Part shown: piece after piece, positions 26,295-35,683 of the stretch
Layout of the letters: every line of letters starts with the position of its first letter
How positions within the stretch are numbered: position 1 is the first letter of the stretch
Assembly (NCBI GenBank): GCA_963675785.1
Contig: OY776562.1
Span: 832,001-896,000, forward strand
Source: Anaerolineae bacterium
GTDB taxonomy: Bacteria > Chloroflexota > Anaerolineae > UBA1429
Length of the DNA stretch: 64,000 nucleotides
Reading direction: 5' to 3'
Translations under genes and position numbers: made by a program
The notes under the pieces: model-generated
What the model saw: the letters and a program-made list of their open reading frames with translations, nothing else
Told to the model about the DNA's origin: nothing
Database searches by the model: none

Positions 26295-28808
26295 TTAGTC
26301 ACCTGGGAGGGCCCTTTTTAGGGCCACAGAGAGATCGCTGATGGAAAAAGGCTTGCTCAGCAGGGCGTTAGCTCCCAGTTCTTTCAATTGTGCCGGGGTG
26401 ATGGAATCTCCCCAGCCGGTAGACAGGATGATGGGGATGCCCGGTTGCAATTCGCGAGCTACTTGAACGACGCGCCGGCCAGAGACGTCAGGCATACCCA
26501 GGTCGGTGATGACGAGATCAAACGTCTCTTTGGCCAGGGTTTCGAGCGCCTGGCGCCCATCGCCGGCATGAACGACATGGTGTCCTCGCGTTAGTAGAAA
26601 GCGCGTCATGATGGTGCGAATAGAAGGGTCGTCATCAACGACGAGGACCCGAAGCTGTGATGTTGTAACTGCCATATCCGGCTCGATCAAAACGCTCGGT
26701 AGAGCGCTACGGCTCGCATCAGTAGGCAGCGTGATCGTAAACGTTGTGCCCTGTCCCGGTATCCCATCGACAGCGATTTTGCCGCCGTGCCGCTCGATGA
26801 TTCGCTTGGACATGGTTAGGCCCAAGCCACTACCTGCAAGGCCCTTGGTGGTGTAAAAAGGCTCAAAAACGTGTTCAAGCTGCTCTTTTGTCATACCGCA
26901 GCCCGTATCTGCAAAGATGACGAAGCACTGGTCGTCCTTGGCCTCTGCTTTGACGAGGATACTGCCGCCCTCGGGCATGGCGTCAATGGCGTTGATGATC
27001 AGGTTGCCAAAGACACGACGCAGCTCGCTACCATTACCCCTCATGGGGGGTATCTCACCGATTTCCGTGCTGATATGGATTGTCTTGCCCTGTTGTTGGT
27101 ATTCGTCTTTCCAACGCGGCGAGTTGAGATCAATGGCATCGGAGATAATCTCGGTCAGATCAATCGGTCCAAAGTCACTTTGGTCATCGGCTTTGCGGTA
27201 GAGCGATTGAAGACGGCGTACAGCTTCGGCAGCATCATCACTGGCCTTGAGCACGCGCTCTAGATCGGCCAGAGCTGATTGGGGATCCTCGGTGAGTTCT
27301 GAGGTTGCCAGGCTGGTAAAGCCCTGAATGACGTGCAGCAGGTTGTTAAAGTCATGGGCTACGCCACCGGCCATCTGGCCCAGTGCGCGAAGCTTTTCCG
27401 AGTGCATGAGCGCCTTTTCGGATTCGATGCGCTCGGTGATATCTCGAATTGTAAGCAGCAACCCAGGTCGATCTTGAACAAAGAACAGCGTACCATCGAT
27501 TTCTACTTCGAGGGTTTTGCCGATTCTTTGGATTATACGCGACTGGACCTTGAAAGGTTCGGGCATTGGCTGGTCAAGGGCCTGTGAGATAGCGGCCACA
27601 GCTTTTTCATCAAAGAAATCGAGGGCATCCAGCCGAATTAACTCGTTCTGCCCATAACCAAAGAGCAGGCAGGCAGCGTGGTTTGCGCTGGAGATGCGAC
27701 CCCGACTATCGATTAGCACGAGGCCTTCGGTTACGGCCTCGAAAATTCTACGATAGCGTTGTTCGCTATCGGCCAGCTGCGAGATGAGTTCGGCATTCTC
27801 CAGAGCTATAGCCGTCTGGTTTGCAAATGCAGCAATAGCCGGAGCAGAACGGCTGTTGAGGTGGTTACTCAACACACAGAGGATGCCGTGAACGATGTCT
27901 CCAGTGACCATGGGCGCGCAGATGGCGTGCTTTTCGGTCAACATGCCAGACAAAGCGCCAGCCCAGCGCCTCTTTTCGGGGTTCAGGATGGCGCGAACAA
28001 CATCAATGGTTACCTCAAAGTATTGGGCTTTGCGGGTGCGTATCGCATCCTGGATTGGCCGCAGTTGTGAGAGATTAACAGTCCGCGAGAGCTGCCCCAA
28101 AAGGCTTTGAACAGCCGTGACGTAGCTCGTCGACATGGAAAAGGCTTCGACTTGGAACAGGCCTTCGGGTTTGATAAAAGCTACAACCGAGTTCATCTCA
28201 ATGGCGCGCAGCTCGTCGGTAACGATATGCAGGACGCCCTCTTGCGACAAGCCTGGTTGGCGAATTCGGCTGGCCGCTTTGTTGAGTGTATCCATCAGTT
28301 GAGCGTACTGATGATTCTCGGTAATATCACGCGCTACGCCCGAATAGAGGGGAGTCGATGCTGTGGCATCGGTGCGGTGCAGTGAGATTTCCAACCAACG
28401 GTATTCGTCAGCCTGGTCGCGAACGCGGACTCTCAGGGGCTGGTTGTTTTTGTGAAAGGCGGGCAAGTCGGCGATGGCTTGCTTTAAAACAGCGCGGTCG
28501 TCGATGGCGAAATAGGCTAGCCACTGTTCGGGGGAGACAGGGCGATGGATCTGCGGCACTGTGCCCAGAATACCAATGACATTGCCAGCTATGCGGCAAA
28601 GGTTCCCCTTGCCATCGAGGAAGAACACGATGTCAAGCAGATTTTCTGTAAGCGCATCCAGCTCGTCGTTCGCCAGCGCCATCTGACTTTTGAGCAAGGT
28701 ATTCTCTTGCTCAATCTTGATGAGGCGTTTCTCAAGTTCTGCTAAGCGTTCTCTATCGGGACCGCTCTCATTAGCCGAAGGTGTAGCTTCTGGATTCAAT
28801 GCCAGCAT
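26295..28808 (-). CDS. Hybrid sensor histidine kinase (PAS-GAF-PAS-HisKA-HATPase-REC)
   Basis: GVAHDFNNLL H-box, NLIINA.DAM, DTGCGM, PFYTTK, GSGLGL; receiver VVDDD...ITDLGMP...KPF. Confidence 0.93.
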   Translation of the reverse strand: MLALNPEATPSANESGPDRERLAELEKRLIKIEQENTLLKSQMALANDELDALTENLLDIVFFLDGKGNLCRIAGNVIGILGTVPQIHRPVSPEQWLAYFAIDDRAVLKQAIADLPAFHKNNQPLRVRVRDQADEYRWLEISLHRTDATASTPLYSGVARDITENHQYAQLMDTLNKAASRIRQPGLSQEGVLHIVTDELRAIEMNSVVAFIKPEGLFQVEAFSMSTSYVTAVQSLLGQLSRTVNLSQLRPIQDAIRTRKAQYFEVTIDVVRAILNPEKRRWAGALSGMLTEKHAICAPMVTGDIVHGILCVLSNHLNSRSAPAIAAFANQTAIALENAELISQLADSEQRYRRIFEAVTEGLVLIDSRGRISSANHAACLLFGYGQNELIRLDALDFFDEKAVAAISQALDQPMPEPFKVQSRIIQRIGKTLEVEIDGTLFFVQDRPGLLLTIRDITERIESEKALMHSEKLRALGQMAGGVAHDFNNLLHVIQGFTSLATSELTEDPQSALADLERVLKASDDAAEAVRRLQSLYRKADDQSDFGPIDLTEIISDAIDLNSPRWKDEYQQQGKTIHISTEIGEIPPMRGNGSELRRVFGNLIINAIDAMPEGGSILVKAEAKDDQCFVIFADTGCGMTKEQLEHVFEPFYTTKGLAGSGLGLTMSKRIIERHGGKIAVDGIPGQGTTFTITLPTDASRSALPSVLIEPDMAVTTSQLRVLVVDDDPSIRTIMTRFLLTRGHHVVHAGDGRQALETLAKETFDLVITDLGMPDVSGRRVVQVARELQPGIPIILSTGWGDSITPAQLKELGANALLSKPFSISDLSVALKRALPGD

Positions 28809-28832
28809 GATGCCTCCGCAAACTGCACGCTC

Positions 28833-29348
28833 TTATAGCATGTCGGCGGCAACTGTTGATGCTGCCGCCTGGTGGCGATTTGTGATCTGGACGAGTTCTC
28901 CCGTGCCTTCACGGATGTCTCTCCAATCAGAAACCTGAAAATCTATATGTGCGATACAGCTGGTAGTCATGGCGACAACGTTTCCGGTTAGCATAATGAT
29001 CAACTGTTCGAGATCTGGATTATGCCCAACAACCAAAGCGCACTCGGCATCGTCAGCAATTTCTTGAACGACTTGCATATAGCCGAGTACGCTGTGTCCG
29101 TAAAGCTCTTCCGCGATAGAAACTGGACAGTCTCCGAGCTGTTTGCGTACACGTTTAACCGTGGCACGGGCTCGTTTGGCCGGCGAAACCGAAATAATCT
29201 GCGGTTTGTGATCCTGCGCCGCCAACCATTTTCCCACGGCCTTGGCATCCTCTTTGCCCTGCTTGGAAAGCGGGCGGTTGAGGTCCTCGACAATGGAATC
29301 GGGCCAAGCTGATTTTGCGTGACGCATAATCCACAAATGCTTTGCCAT
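28833..29348 (-). CDS. sixA: SixA-type phosphohistidine phosphatase
   Basis: MRHAKS, RPLS..G, SPA.RA..T, VGHNP; sits directly upstream of the kinase. Confidence 0.88.
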   Translation of the reverse strand: MAKHLWIMRHAKSAWPDSIVEDLNRPLSKQGKEDAKAVGKWLAAQDHKPQIISVSPAKRARATVKRVRKQLGDCPVSIAEELYGHSVLGYMQVVQEIADDAECALVVGHNPDLEQLIIMLTGNVVAMTTSCIAHIDFQVSDWRDIREGTGELVQITNRHQAAASTVAADML

Positions 29349-29368
29349 GGAATTGTCCAACGATGATG

Positions 29369-31093
29369 TTACAGTATCTTAATCTTTTTAGCAATTTTTA
29401 ATAAATCTGCAGTGAGATCACCTGTCATGCCAATGCGCATAACCCGGCGTCCTACTGATTCGAGCGCCTGCCAGTCGCCAATGGCCTGTGCTTCTTTGAG
29501 CACCCCAAAGCTATAGCCCAGCCCGGGGATTTCGAGGTCTGGTTGGTTCAACTGGGTGAGCTGTACAAACAGGCCGTGGTTTCCATCACCCTTGTGGAGC
29601 TGACCGGTGCTGTGCAAGAATCTGGGCCCAAAGCCGATGGTTACGGGGATGCCATAGCGTTCTGTTAGGGCAGTGGCCTGCTGGGCCAACAGGTCGGCAT
29701 TCTCATCATTGCGTTCGACGTAGGCCATGATGGCGCCATAGTCGCCGGGCTGGGATTGGGCAAAGAATTCGGCCAGGTAAGCCTCTAGGCTTTGCGCAGC
29801 CAAGTGGGGGCCATAGATGGTGAGTGTTTCGTCTACAAGTACTGGCGTGAGCACGGGCAGCGTTTGGGTTTGCTCGTAGGCTTGTAGGGCCTGCCGGGCC
29901 GAATTCTTGGCCGATTCGACGTTGGGTTGGTCAAAGGGGTTTAGCTCCATGATGACCCCGGCGACGGCGGTGGCATATTCCCAGACAAAGAACTGGCTGC
30001 CAAGATCGAGGCGATTACGCAGGGTGAGCGCTACCAGCGGCTGACCGGCATCGATAAGGGCCTGAGCCTGAGCATCGAGGGCGGCGTTGTCGTCGTCCAG
30101 GCGAAGATAGACAAAGAGCCTATCGCTGCCATAAAGGGATACTTCTAACAAGGGCTCATCGACGACGGGCAGGATGCCTTTGCCTTCTTTGCCGGTGCTT
30201 TCGGCGATGAGCTGTTCTACCCAAGCGCCAACGGAGCGCAATGCCGGCGAGGTCAAGAGGGTTAGCTTGTCACGGCCGACGCGGGTGGCGGCGCCAAGCA
30301 GCGTACCCAGCGTGGAGCCGGGATTGGTTTTGCTGTTGTGCAGGGCGCCGCATTGAACGGCCATTTGCCGGGCGCCTTCCAGCAGTTTTTCGAGATCGGC
30401 ACCAATGAGCGCCGCAGGAAGAAGGCCAAAGAGCGACAGGGCGGAAAAACGTCCGCCGATATCGGGTGGGTTTTGGTAGATGGCGCGGAAGCCCGCTTTC
30501 TCGGCGAGTTCGATGAGGGGCGTGCCGGGGTCGGTGATGGCGACAAAGTGTTCGGGCCACTCGTCGCCCAGGTCGTTCTGACAACGTGCCTGAAAATACT
30601 GGTAGAGGGACAACATTTCGGCGGTGGTGCCCGATTTGCTGGCGGTGATGAACAAGGTTTCGGCCAAGGGGAGCTGGCTCGTTTGCGTGAGAATTTGCGC
30701 CGAATCGGTGGTATCAAGGACGCGTAGATCGGGATAGCCGGGGGCGTTGCCCAACACACGGGCAATGACCTCGGGGGCGAGACTGCTGCCGCCCATGCCG
30801 AGCAGGACAATATGCTTGTAGCCGGAGGCGACGATCTCATCACGAAGGGCCTCTAAGCGGGCGATTTCAATGGGCATGACAGCGGGCATATCCAGCCAGC
30901 CCAGGCGGTGCTGAATATCGCGGACCTGCGCGGGGTCTTGTTTCCAGAGGCGGCCGTCTCGGGCCCAGATGGAGGCATCGACGTTACGGCTATCAATCTC
31001 GGCCAGCGTCGCGGTATAGACATCTTCTAGCGAGCCCAACCACAGGGCAGGCATTGGGAAAGCCTCTTGAGTTCGAGATGCGATACTATCCAT
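29369..31093 (-). CDS. pgi: Glucose-6-phosphate isomerase (type resembling the Pgi half of Tal-Pgi fusions)
   Basis: LGWL, GMGGSSL, SKSGTT.E, TDPG, IGGRFS, EQLIAESTGK, PFDQPNVE, GPRFLHSTGQ. Confidence 0.88.
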   Translation of the reverse strand: MDSIASRTQEAFPMPALWLGSLEDVYTATLAEIDSRNVDASIWARDGRLWKQDPAQVRDIQHRLGWLDMPAVMPIEIARLEALRDEIVASGYKHIVLLGMGGSSLAPEVIARVLGNAPGYPDLRVLDTTDSAQILTQTSQLPLAETLFITASKSGTTAEMLSLYQYFQARCQNDLGDEWPEHFVAITDPGTPLIELAEKAGFRAIYQNPPDIGGRFSALSLFGLLPAALIGADLEKLLEGARQMAVQCGALHNSKTNPGSTLGTLLGAATRVGRDKLTLLTSPALRSVGAWVEQLIAESTGKEGKGILPVVDEPLLEVSLYGSDRLFVYLRLDDDNAALDAQAQALIDAGQPLVALTLRNRLDLGSQFFVWEYATAVAGVIMELNPFDQPNVESAKNSARQALQAYEQTQTLPVLTPVLVDETLTIYGPHLAAQSLEAYLAEFFAQSQPGDYGAIMAYVERNDENADLLAQQATALTERYGIPVTIGFGPRFLHSTGQLHKGDGNHGLFVQLTQLNQPDLEIPGLGYSFGVLKEAQAIGDWQALESVGRRVMRIGMTGDLTADLLKIAKKIKIL

Positions 31094-31285
31094 ACCAACG
31101 CTCCATTCATGTGCCGATTTTTACGTGTCGCTGACGTAACGAATATAGATGGAGCATGATGGCGTGTCAACAATCTGGCGTTGACCACAAGGTTCTGGTG
31201 CATTAATCTGGGATGTAAATTGCGGCTTTGAAGAAAACCGAGGGTTGCATGACGTGTGGTGGGTGTAACCCAGACTAGAGGGAAC

Positions 31286-32401
31286 ATGACGCAAAGTGTC
31301 AGGCTTTTTGAACCTGTTACCATTGGTGGACTAGAACTGCGGAACCGTTTGATGCGTTCGGCGACGGCGGAACGGGCGGCGGGCCCAGAGAAGGGCGAGC
31401 CGACGGAGCTGATGACGCGGATGTACGAAGAATTGGCGCTGGGGGGCGTGGGCCTGATTGTGACGGGGCACGCCTATGTGCGGCGCGACGGCAAGGCGCA
31501 TTATCGGCAGGCGGCGATAGACGATGACGGGTTGGTGGAAGCATGGCGACGGGTGGTGGAACCTGCTCAGGCAGCGGGGGCGCGGGTGATGATGCAGATT
31601 AACCACTGCGGGGCTGGCACCACGGCTGAAGTGACGCCAGAGCCGGTATCGCCAGGGGGTGTGGCAGCGCCTGGGGGGATGGCATCGCGGGCATTGAGAG
31701 CCGAGGAGATCCCAGAGCTGGCGGCGGCTTTCGGTCGAGCGGCGGGAAGGGCCAAGGCTGCGGGTTTGGATGGCGTGCAGATTCACGGCGCACACGGCTA
31801 TTTGGTATCGCAATTCTTGACGCCGTTCACGAATACGCGCATCGACTGCTGGGGCGGTACGGAAGAAAAGCGTTTGGCTTTTTTGCGGGCGGTGAACGAG
31901 GCGATCCGGGCGGAGGTGGGGCCAGAGTACCCGGTGTGGATCAAGCTGGGCACGGCCGGGGCGGCGTTTTCTGGCTTGACGGCGGAGATGGGGGCGCGGT
32001 ACGCCGCGGCCTGCGCTGAGATGGGCATGGGCTGTGTGGAGATCAGCCACGCGGTGGGGGAGATGGAAGGTTTGCCCGCGGGCGAAGGGGCGTTCATGCC
32101 GATGGCGCGGGTGGTGCGCCGGGCGATGCCGGCGAATACTGAACTGGCGCTGGTGAAGGGCTTTGCTACGCTAGAAGGGATGGAGGCGGCGCTGAGCGAG
32201 GGCGTGGTGCAGATGATCAGCATGTGCCAACCGCTGATTGCCGAGCCGGACCTGCCGAACAAGCTGATGCGGGGCGAGACGACCAAGGCGGCCTGCGTGC
32301 GCTGTAAACAGTGCTGGCCCAAGGACCCGTTGGGGACGGTGGGGTGCCGGAATGCGGGCGTGCGGCGCAAGCTGGGATTGGCGCCTTTGAAAGAAACGTA
32401 A
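31286..32401 (+). CDS. NADH:flavin oxidoreductase (Old Yellow Enzyme-like)
   Basis: LRNRLMRSAT, QINHCG, DGVQIHGAHGYL.SQFL, C-terminal CxxCxxC. Confidence 0.92.
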   Translation: MTQSVRLFEPVTIGGLELRNRLMRSATAERAAGPEKGEPTELMTRMYEELALGGVGLIVTGHAYVRRDGKAHYRQAAIDDDGLVEAWRRVVEPAQAAGARVMMQINHCGAGTTAEVTPEPVSPGGVAAPGGMASRALRAEEIPELAAAFGRAAGRAKAAGLDGVQIHGAHGYLVSQFLTPFTNTRIDCWGGTEEKRLAFLRAVNEAIRAEVGPEYPVWIKLGTAGAAFSGLTAEMGARYAAACAEMGMGCVEISHAVGEMEGLPAGEGAFMPMARVVRRAMPANTELALVKGFATLEGMEAALSEGVVQMISMCQPLIAEPDLPNKLMRGETTKAACVRCKQCWPKDPLGTVGCRNAGVRRKLGLAPLKET

Positions 32402-32528
32402 GCATCTGGCTGGAGGGGCTTGTGTGAGCGAACAGTATACTGAGAATACTTGTTGCTATAAAGTTAGTATATCAAGTATTTTGCTCATTGGAATTGACAA
32501 GGGATATGTTGAGTAGGGTGGGACGACT

Positions 32529-32879
32529 TTGAAGCACACCATGAGCTTGTACGCCGAGCCTTTTGAGCGGGTGAAGCGCGGCGAGAAGACAAGGGAATAC
32601 CGGCTGTATGACGAAAAGCGGCAGAAAGTCAGGGTTGGCGATACGATCACGTTTTATAGGCTGCCGGACAAGGCGGAGAGCGTGACGGTGGTGGTAAAGG
32701 GGCTGCGGCGTTATGCGGACTGGCACAGTTGCTATGCCGAGTTCTTTGAGGCGGATTTGAGCGAGTGCTATGGAAGCATCGAGGAGGCGGTGCAGGCCAC
32801 TTACGACCATTGGTGGCCCAAGGAGAAGGAAGAAGAGTACGGCTGCCTGGTGATGGAGATCGAGAGGGTGGGGGCGTGA
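32529..32879 (+). CDS. ASCH domain protein
   Basis: GxKxxExR motif (GEKTREYRLYDEKR), VGD.I.F, E..YG...EI. Confidence 0.88.
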   Translation: MKHTMSLYAEPFERVKRGEKTREYRLYDEKRQKVRVGDTITFYRLPDKAESVTVVVKGLRRYADWHSCYAEFFEADLSECYGSIEEAVQATYDHWWPKEKEEEYGCLVMEIERVGA

Positions 32880-32971
32880 GGCAAGAGGGGAAGGTCATCG
32901 CTGTGTTGGACAAGCGCGGCGAAAGGAATCGTACAAGGGCCTGCTGAGGGGCGCGGTGGGCGTGTAAGGAA

Positions 32972-33058
32972 AGCATCGGGCTGGACCCGCGCCAGTAGAC
33001 TGGCGTTGGCTATGGCTGCAAACCTTATCCTACGGGCAAGCTCGGTAGGTGTAGGTGG
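32972..33058. repeat. 87-bp structured repeat, copy 1
   Basis: AGCATCGGGCTGGACCCGCGCCAGTAGACTGGCGTTGGCTATGG...GGGCAAGCTCGGTAGGTGTAGGTGG; 6 mismatches to copy 2. Confidence 0.95.
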
Positions 33059-33141
33059 GTTGCGTTTGTGGTTTAGGTGCTGTTGTGCGCCTGGAGTTCA
33101 GAGCGGGCTTCCGGCATACGCTGTGGAACGTAGCGCCATAG

Positions 33142-33228
33142 AGCATCAGGCTGGACCCGCGCCAGCAGACTGGCGTTGGCTATGGTTGCAAACCTTGCCC
33201 TGCGGGCAAGCTCGGTAGGTGTAGGTGG
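33142..33228. repeat. 87-bp structured repeat, copy 2
   Basis: Direct repeat 170 bp after copy 1; internal hairpins CGCCAG-CAGA-CTGGCG and CTTGCCC-TGC-GGGCAAG. Confidence 0.95.
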
Positions 33229-33382
33229 ACGCTTTAGGTGGCATAGTTTGCGCGGTGTGGCGACGGTTAGATTTGAACTAGTGATCAAGGGTGTAAGGCT
33301 TGCTTTGGTTTGCAGATGAGTAGAGAAAATAGCAACGTCTCTGACCAAGCTGATAATGCTTAAACTGACACTAGTGCTGTTT

Positions 33383-34222
33383 CTACCTAAGCTCTAGTCG
33401 GAATCCAGGGATGGCACTTGATCTATCCTTGTGTACAGTTTGATCATTTGGAATATGGAGTTCAAAGTCTTTTTCGTACGTTCTCCCAAGAGTCACGATT
33501 ATTATTTTGCCACTGTGCTTAGAATGTTTGAGCTCTAAATCATAGTGATACTCATCCATATACGGCTGATCACCTAAATATACAGACATCCTATCATTCC
33601 AGAGATAGTATTCATCCTTCTTTTTATCTTGTTTATCATTGTCTGATTCGTTCTTGTCGTAGGGCTGTACAGCCACGTATACAGTGCGAGTAACCCCTTG
33701 TGGAATATCTATCTCGTGCTGAATGAAACTAAAACGAAAGTCATGGCGTTCCCCCGGAATCCTGTCAGGGTCGTTAATTTGTGGTGCTACAGCCCCATTC
33801 CATCGTCCGGGAATCCCCTCCTTATCAGAATAGTCCTGATAGGATTTAACGCCGTCTTTTTTCTTAGGGCCAGTGTCGTTGCGTTTTTCAGAAAGAGTGT
33901 CATCAAACTGAAAATACACGCGACAAGACATGGCTGGCTCACGATCAAAGAATAGGGCCAGAAAATCACCCATCTTGGGATTACTTACTTGAAAACCGAC
34001 GTAGATGGAACCTGATTCTTGATCAAGATACTGCCGAAGTTCCTTTGGCTCTAGTGCTCCTGATAGCTCCAGTGGCTCGATCTTTAGTTTTGCTTTCCGT
34101 TTTCTTTCTACAAGCCAAAGCACGATAAAACTGCCAACGAGACCGCCACCTACCTGCATAATCACATCGTATATTACGCTATCATACAACTGTATAAGGT
34201 GCATAAGCCATATTATTGCCAT
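33383..34222 (-). CDS. Hypothetical protein with N-terminal membrane anchor, AT-rich
   Basis: 279-aa ORF with AAGGAGG RBS, hydrophobic helix followed by RKRK, visibly lower GC than the flanks; no family recognised. Confidence 0.7.
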   Translation of the reverse strand: MAIIWLMHLIQLYDSVIYDVIMQVGGGLVGSFIVLWLVERKRKAKLKIEPLELSGALEPKELRQYLDQESGSIYVGFQVSNPKMGDFLALFFDREPAMSCRVYFQFDDTLSEKRNDTGPKKKDGVKSYQDYSDKEGIPGRWNGAVAPQINDPDRIPGERHDFRFSFIQHEIDIPQGVTRTVYVAVQPYDKNESDNDKQDKKKDEYYLWNDRMSVYLGDQPYMDEYHYDLELKHSKHSGKIIIVTLGRTYEKDFELHIPNDQTVHKDRSSAIPGFRLELR

Positions 34223-34497
34223 TTGCAGCCTCCTTTTAGACGGTCTAGGGTGATATTTTTGGTAATGGTTACATATCTCCTACTCATTGAGCTTGTTGAG
34301 ATCATAACGACTATAGCTCAATCGCACCTTATTCGAACTGCTCAAAAAACAACATCTATAGGTAGTATTATCTGTTTACAATAATACTAGAATCTTGGTC
34401 GTTCATCAATGAAAAACAAGATAAAAGCTCTGCCGAACTGATAACAAGAAGGGATCAGACGCAGGTTAAAGCTTGCGTTGAAGTTGGCCTTTTCAAG

Positions 34498-34579
34498 GCA
34501 TCAGGCTGAACCCGCGCCAGCAGACGGCGTTGGCTACGGTGCAAAACTTGTCCTATGGGCAAACTTGGAGGGCTAGGTG
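34498..34579. repeat. Structured repeat, copy 3 (more diverged)
   Basis: GCATCAGGCTGAACCCGCGCCAGCAGAC-GGCGTTGGCTACGGTGCAAAACTTGTCCTATGGGCAA; same orientation as copies 1 and 2. Confidence 0.9.
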
Positions 34580-34598
34580 TGAGTTAATGTGGTTTGAT

Positions 34599-35498
34599 CT
34601 AGTCCGCCAACTCGCGGTCGAGGGCAGAGATGCTGGTCGTTAGTTCCTGCGACCACCAATCGCCGCCCTCGATGGTGTCGGCAATGGCGAGAGCTTGCTG
34701 ATAGGCCTCTCTGGCTTGCTTGTAGCTGTACTGGGCGCTGTACACATAGCCCATACCGCTGAGCGCAATCATCTCGCCCTCCTGATAGCCCACCTCGCGG
34801 GCGATTTCCAGCGCCTGCTGGTAGGTTTCCAGGGCATCGGTGTATTTGCTAGAACTGCTGAATGCTCCGGCGGTGCTGTTGAGGATTATCGCCTCGCCAA
34901 CCCTGTCATCCTCTTGGCGGGCAATGGCGAGGGCCTGGTCGTAGGCTTCGAGGGCCCTGCGATACTGGCTCTGGCGTTGATAAGTAATGCCGATGGCGGT
35001 GAGAATGCGCCCCTCGGTCGCTGGAGGGTAAACCTCGCGGACGATAGTGAGGATCTGTTTGTAGCTTTCCAGGGCCTCGTCAAGCTTGTCTTGCATCTCG
35101 TACACAGAGGCAGTGTTCAAAAGCGCTGTTGCCTCGTCCATCTGGTTTTCTGACTCGCGAGCAAGGGTTAGGGCACTTTGGTAGTAGGCTAGGGCTAGGC
35201 GGTAGTGTTCTTGTTCATAGGCGTCATAGCCCTGGATCATGATATCCGCAAAGGTGTCGTTTGTTGTGGTGATGGAGATGGTGAAGGTGATGAGTTGGTC
35301 GAGCCTATCGCTTATCCAGTCCAAAGGGTGGAGGTGGAGATCTGCGGCCATCAATCCCAGGAACATAAGTGCGCAAATGGCACCGTTAATGATGATTCTT
35401 TTAAGAATCTCTGACTTGTGGCTCCAGCAGAATCTCCCTAACAGGGCTCGTTTTTGGCATCTATCGCCATTGCTGGTTACGTGCTGGCATTGAGCCAT
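34599..35498 (-). CDS. TPR protein with N-terminal CCCH-type motif and one transmembrane helix
   Basis: CQHVTSNGDRCQKRALLGRFCWSH, hydrophobic segment, then repeated AL..YQQAL.IARE TPR units. Confidence 0.85.
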   Translation of the reverse strand: MAQCQHVTSNGDRCQKRALLGRFCWSHKSEILKRIIINGAICALMFLGLMAADLHLHPLDWISDRLDQLITFTISITTTNDTFADIMIQGYDAYEQEHYRLALAYYQSALTLARESENQMDEATALLNTASVYEMQDKLDEALESYKQILTIVREVYPPATEGRILTAIGITYQRQSQYRRALEAYDQALAIARQEDDRVGEAIILNSTAGAFSSSSKYTDALETYQQALEIAREVGYQEGEMIALSGMGYVYSAQYSYKQAREAYQQALAIADTIEGGDWWSQELTTSISALDRELAD

Positions 35499-35683
35499 TA
35501 TCTACCTCTGGGTGTATTGCCGTTGAGGTTCGGGCAATCTTTGTACTATGCGGCCATAATACCAGAGGTCTGTTCATTCATCAACAAAAAACGAGAAAAA
35601 GATATGCTGGCTTGTAGGGGGCTCGAAGAGAGCCCCTTTCTAGTAAGAAAGGGGCTTGGGGGTGAATTAGGATTTGGCTCTCA

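Noticed and set aside
32972-33228. Repeats as hammerhead ribozymes (CTGATG on the minus strand)
   Set aside because: The core reads CTGATGC or CCGATGC, not CUGANGA, and no matching GAAA is positioned correctly.
32972-34579. 87-bp repeats as a CRISPR array or integron attC sites
   Set aside because: Too long and irregularly spaced for CRISPR, with no cas genes; no RYYYAAC...GTTRRRY ends and no integrase in the window.
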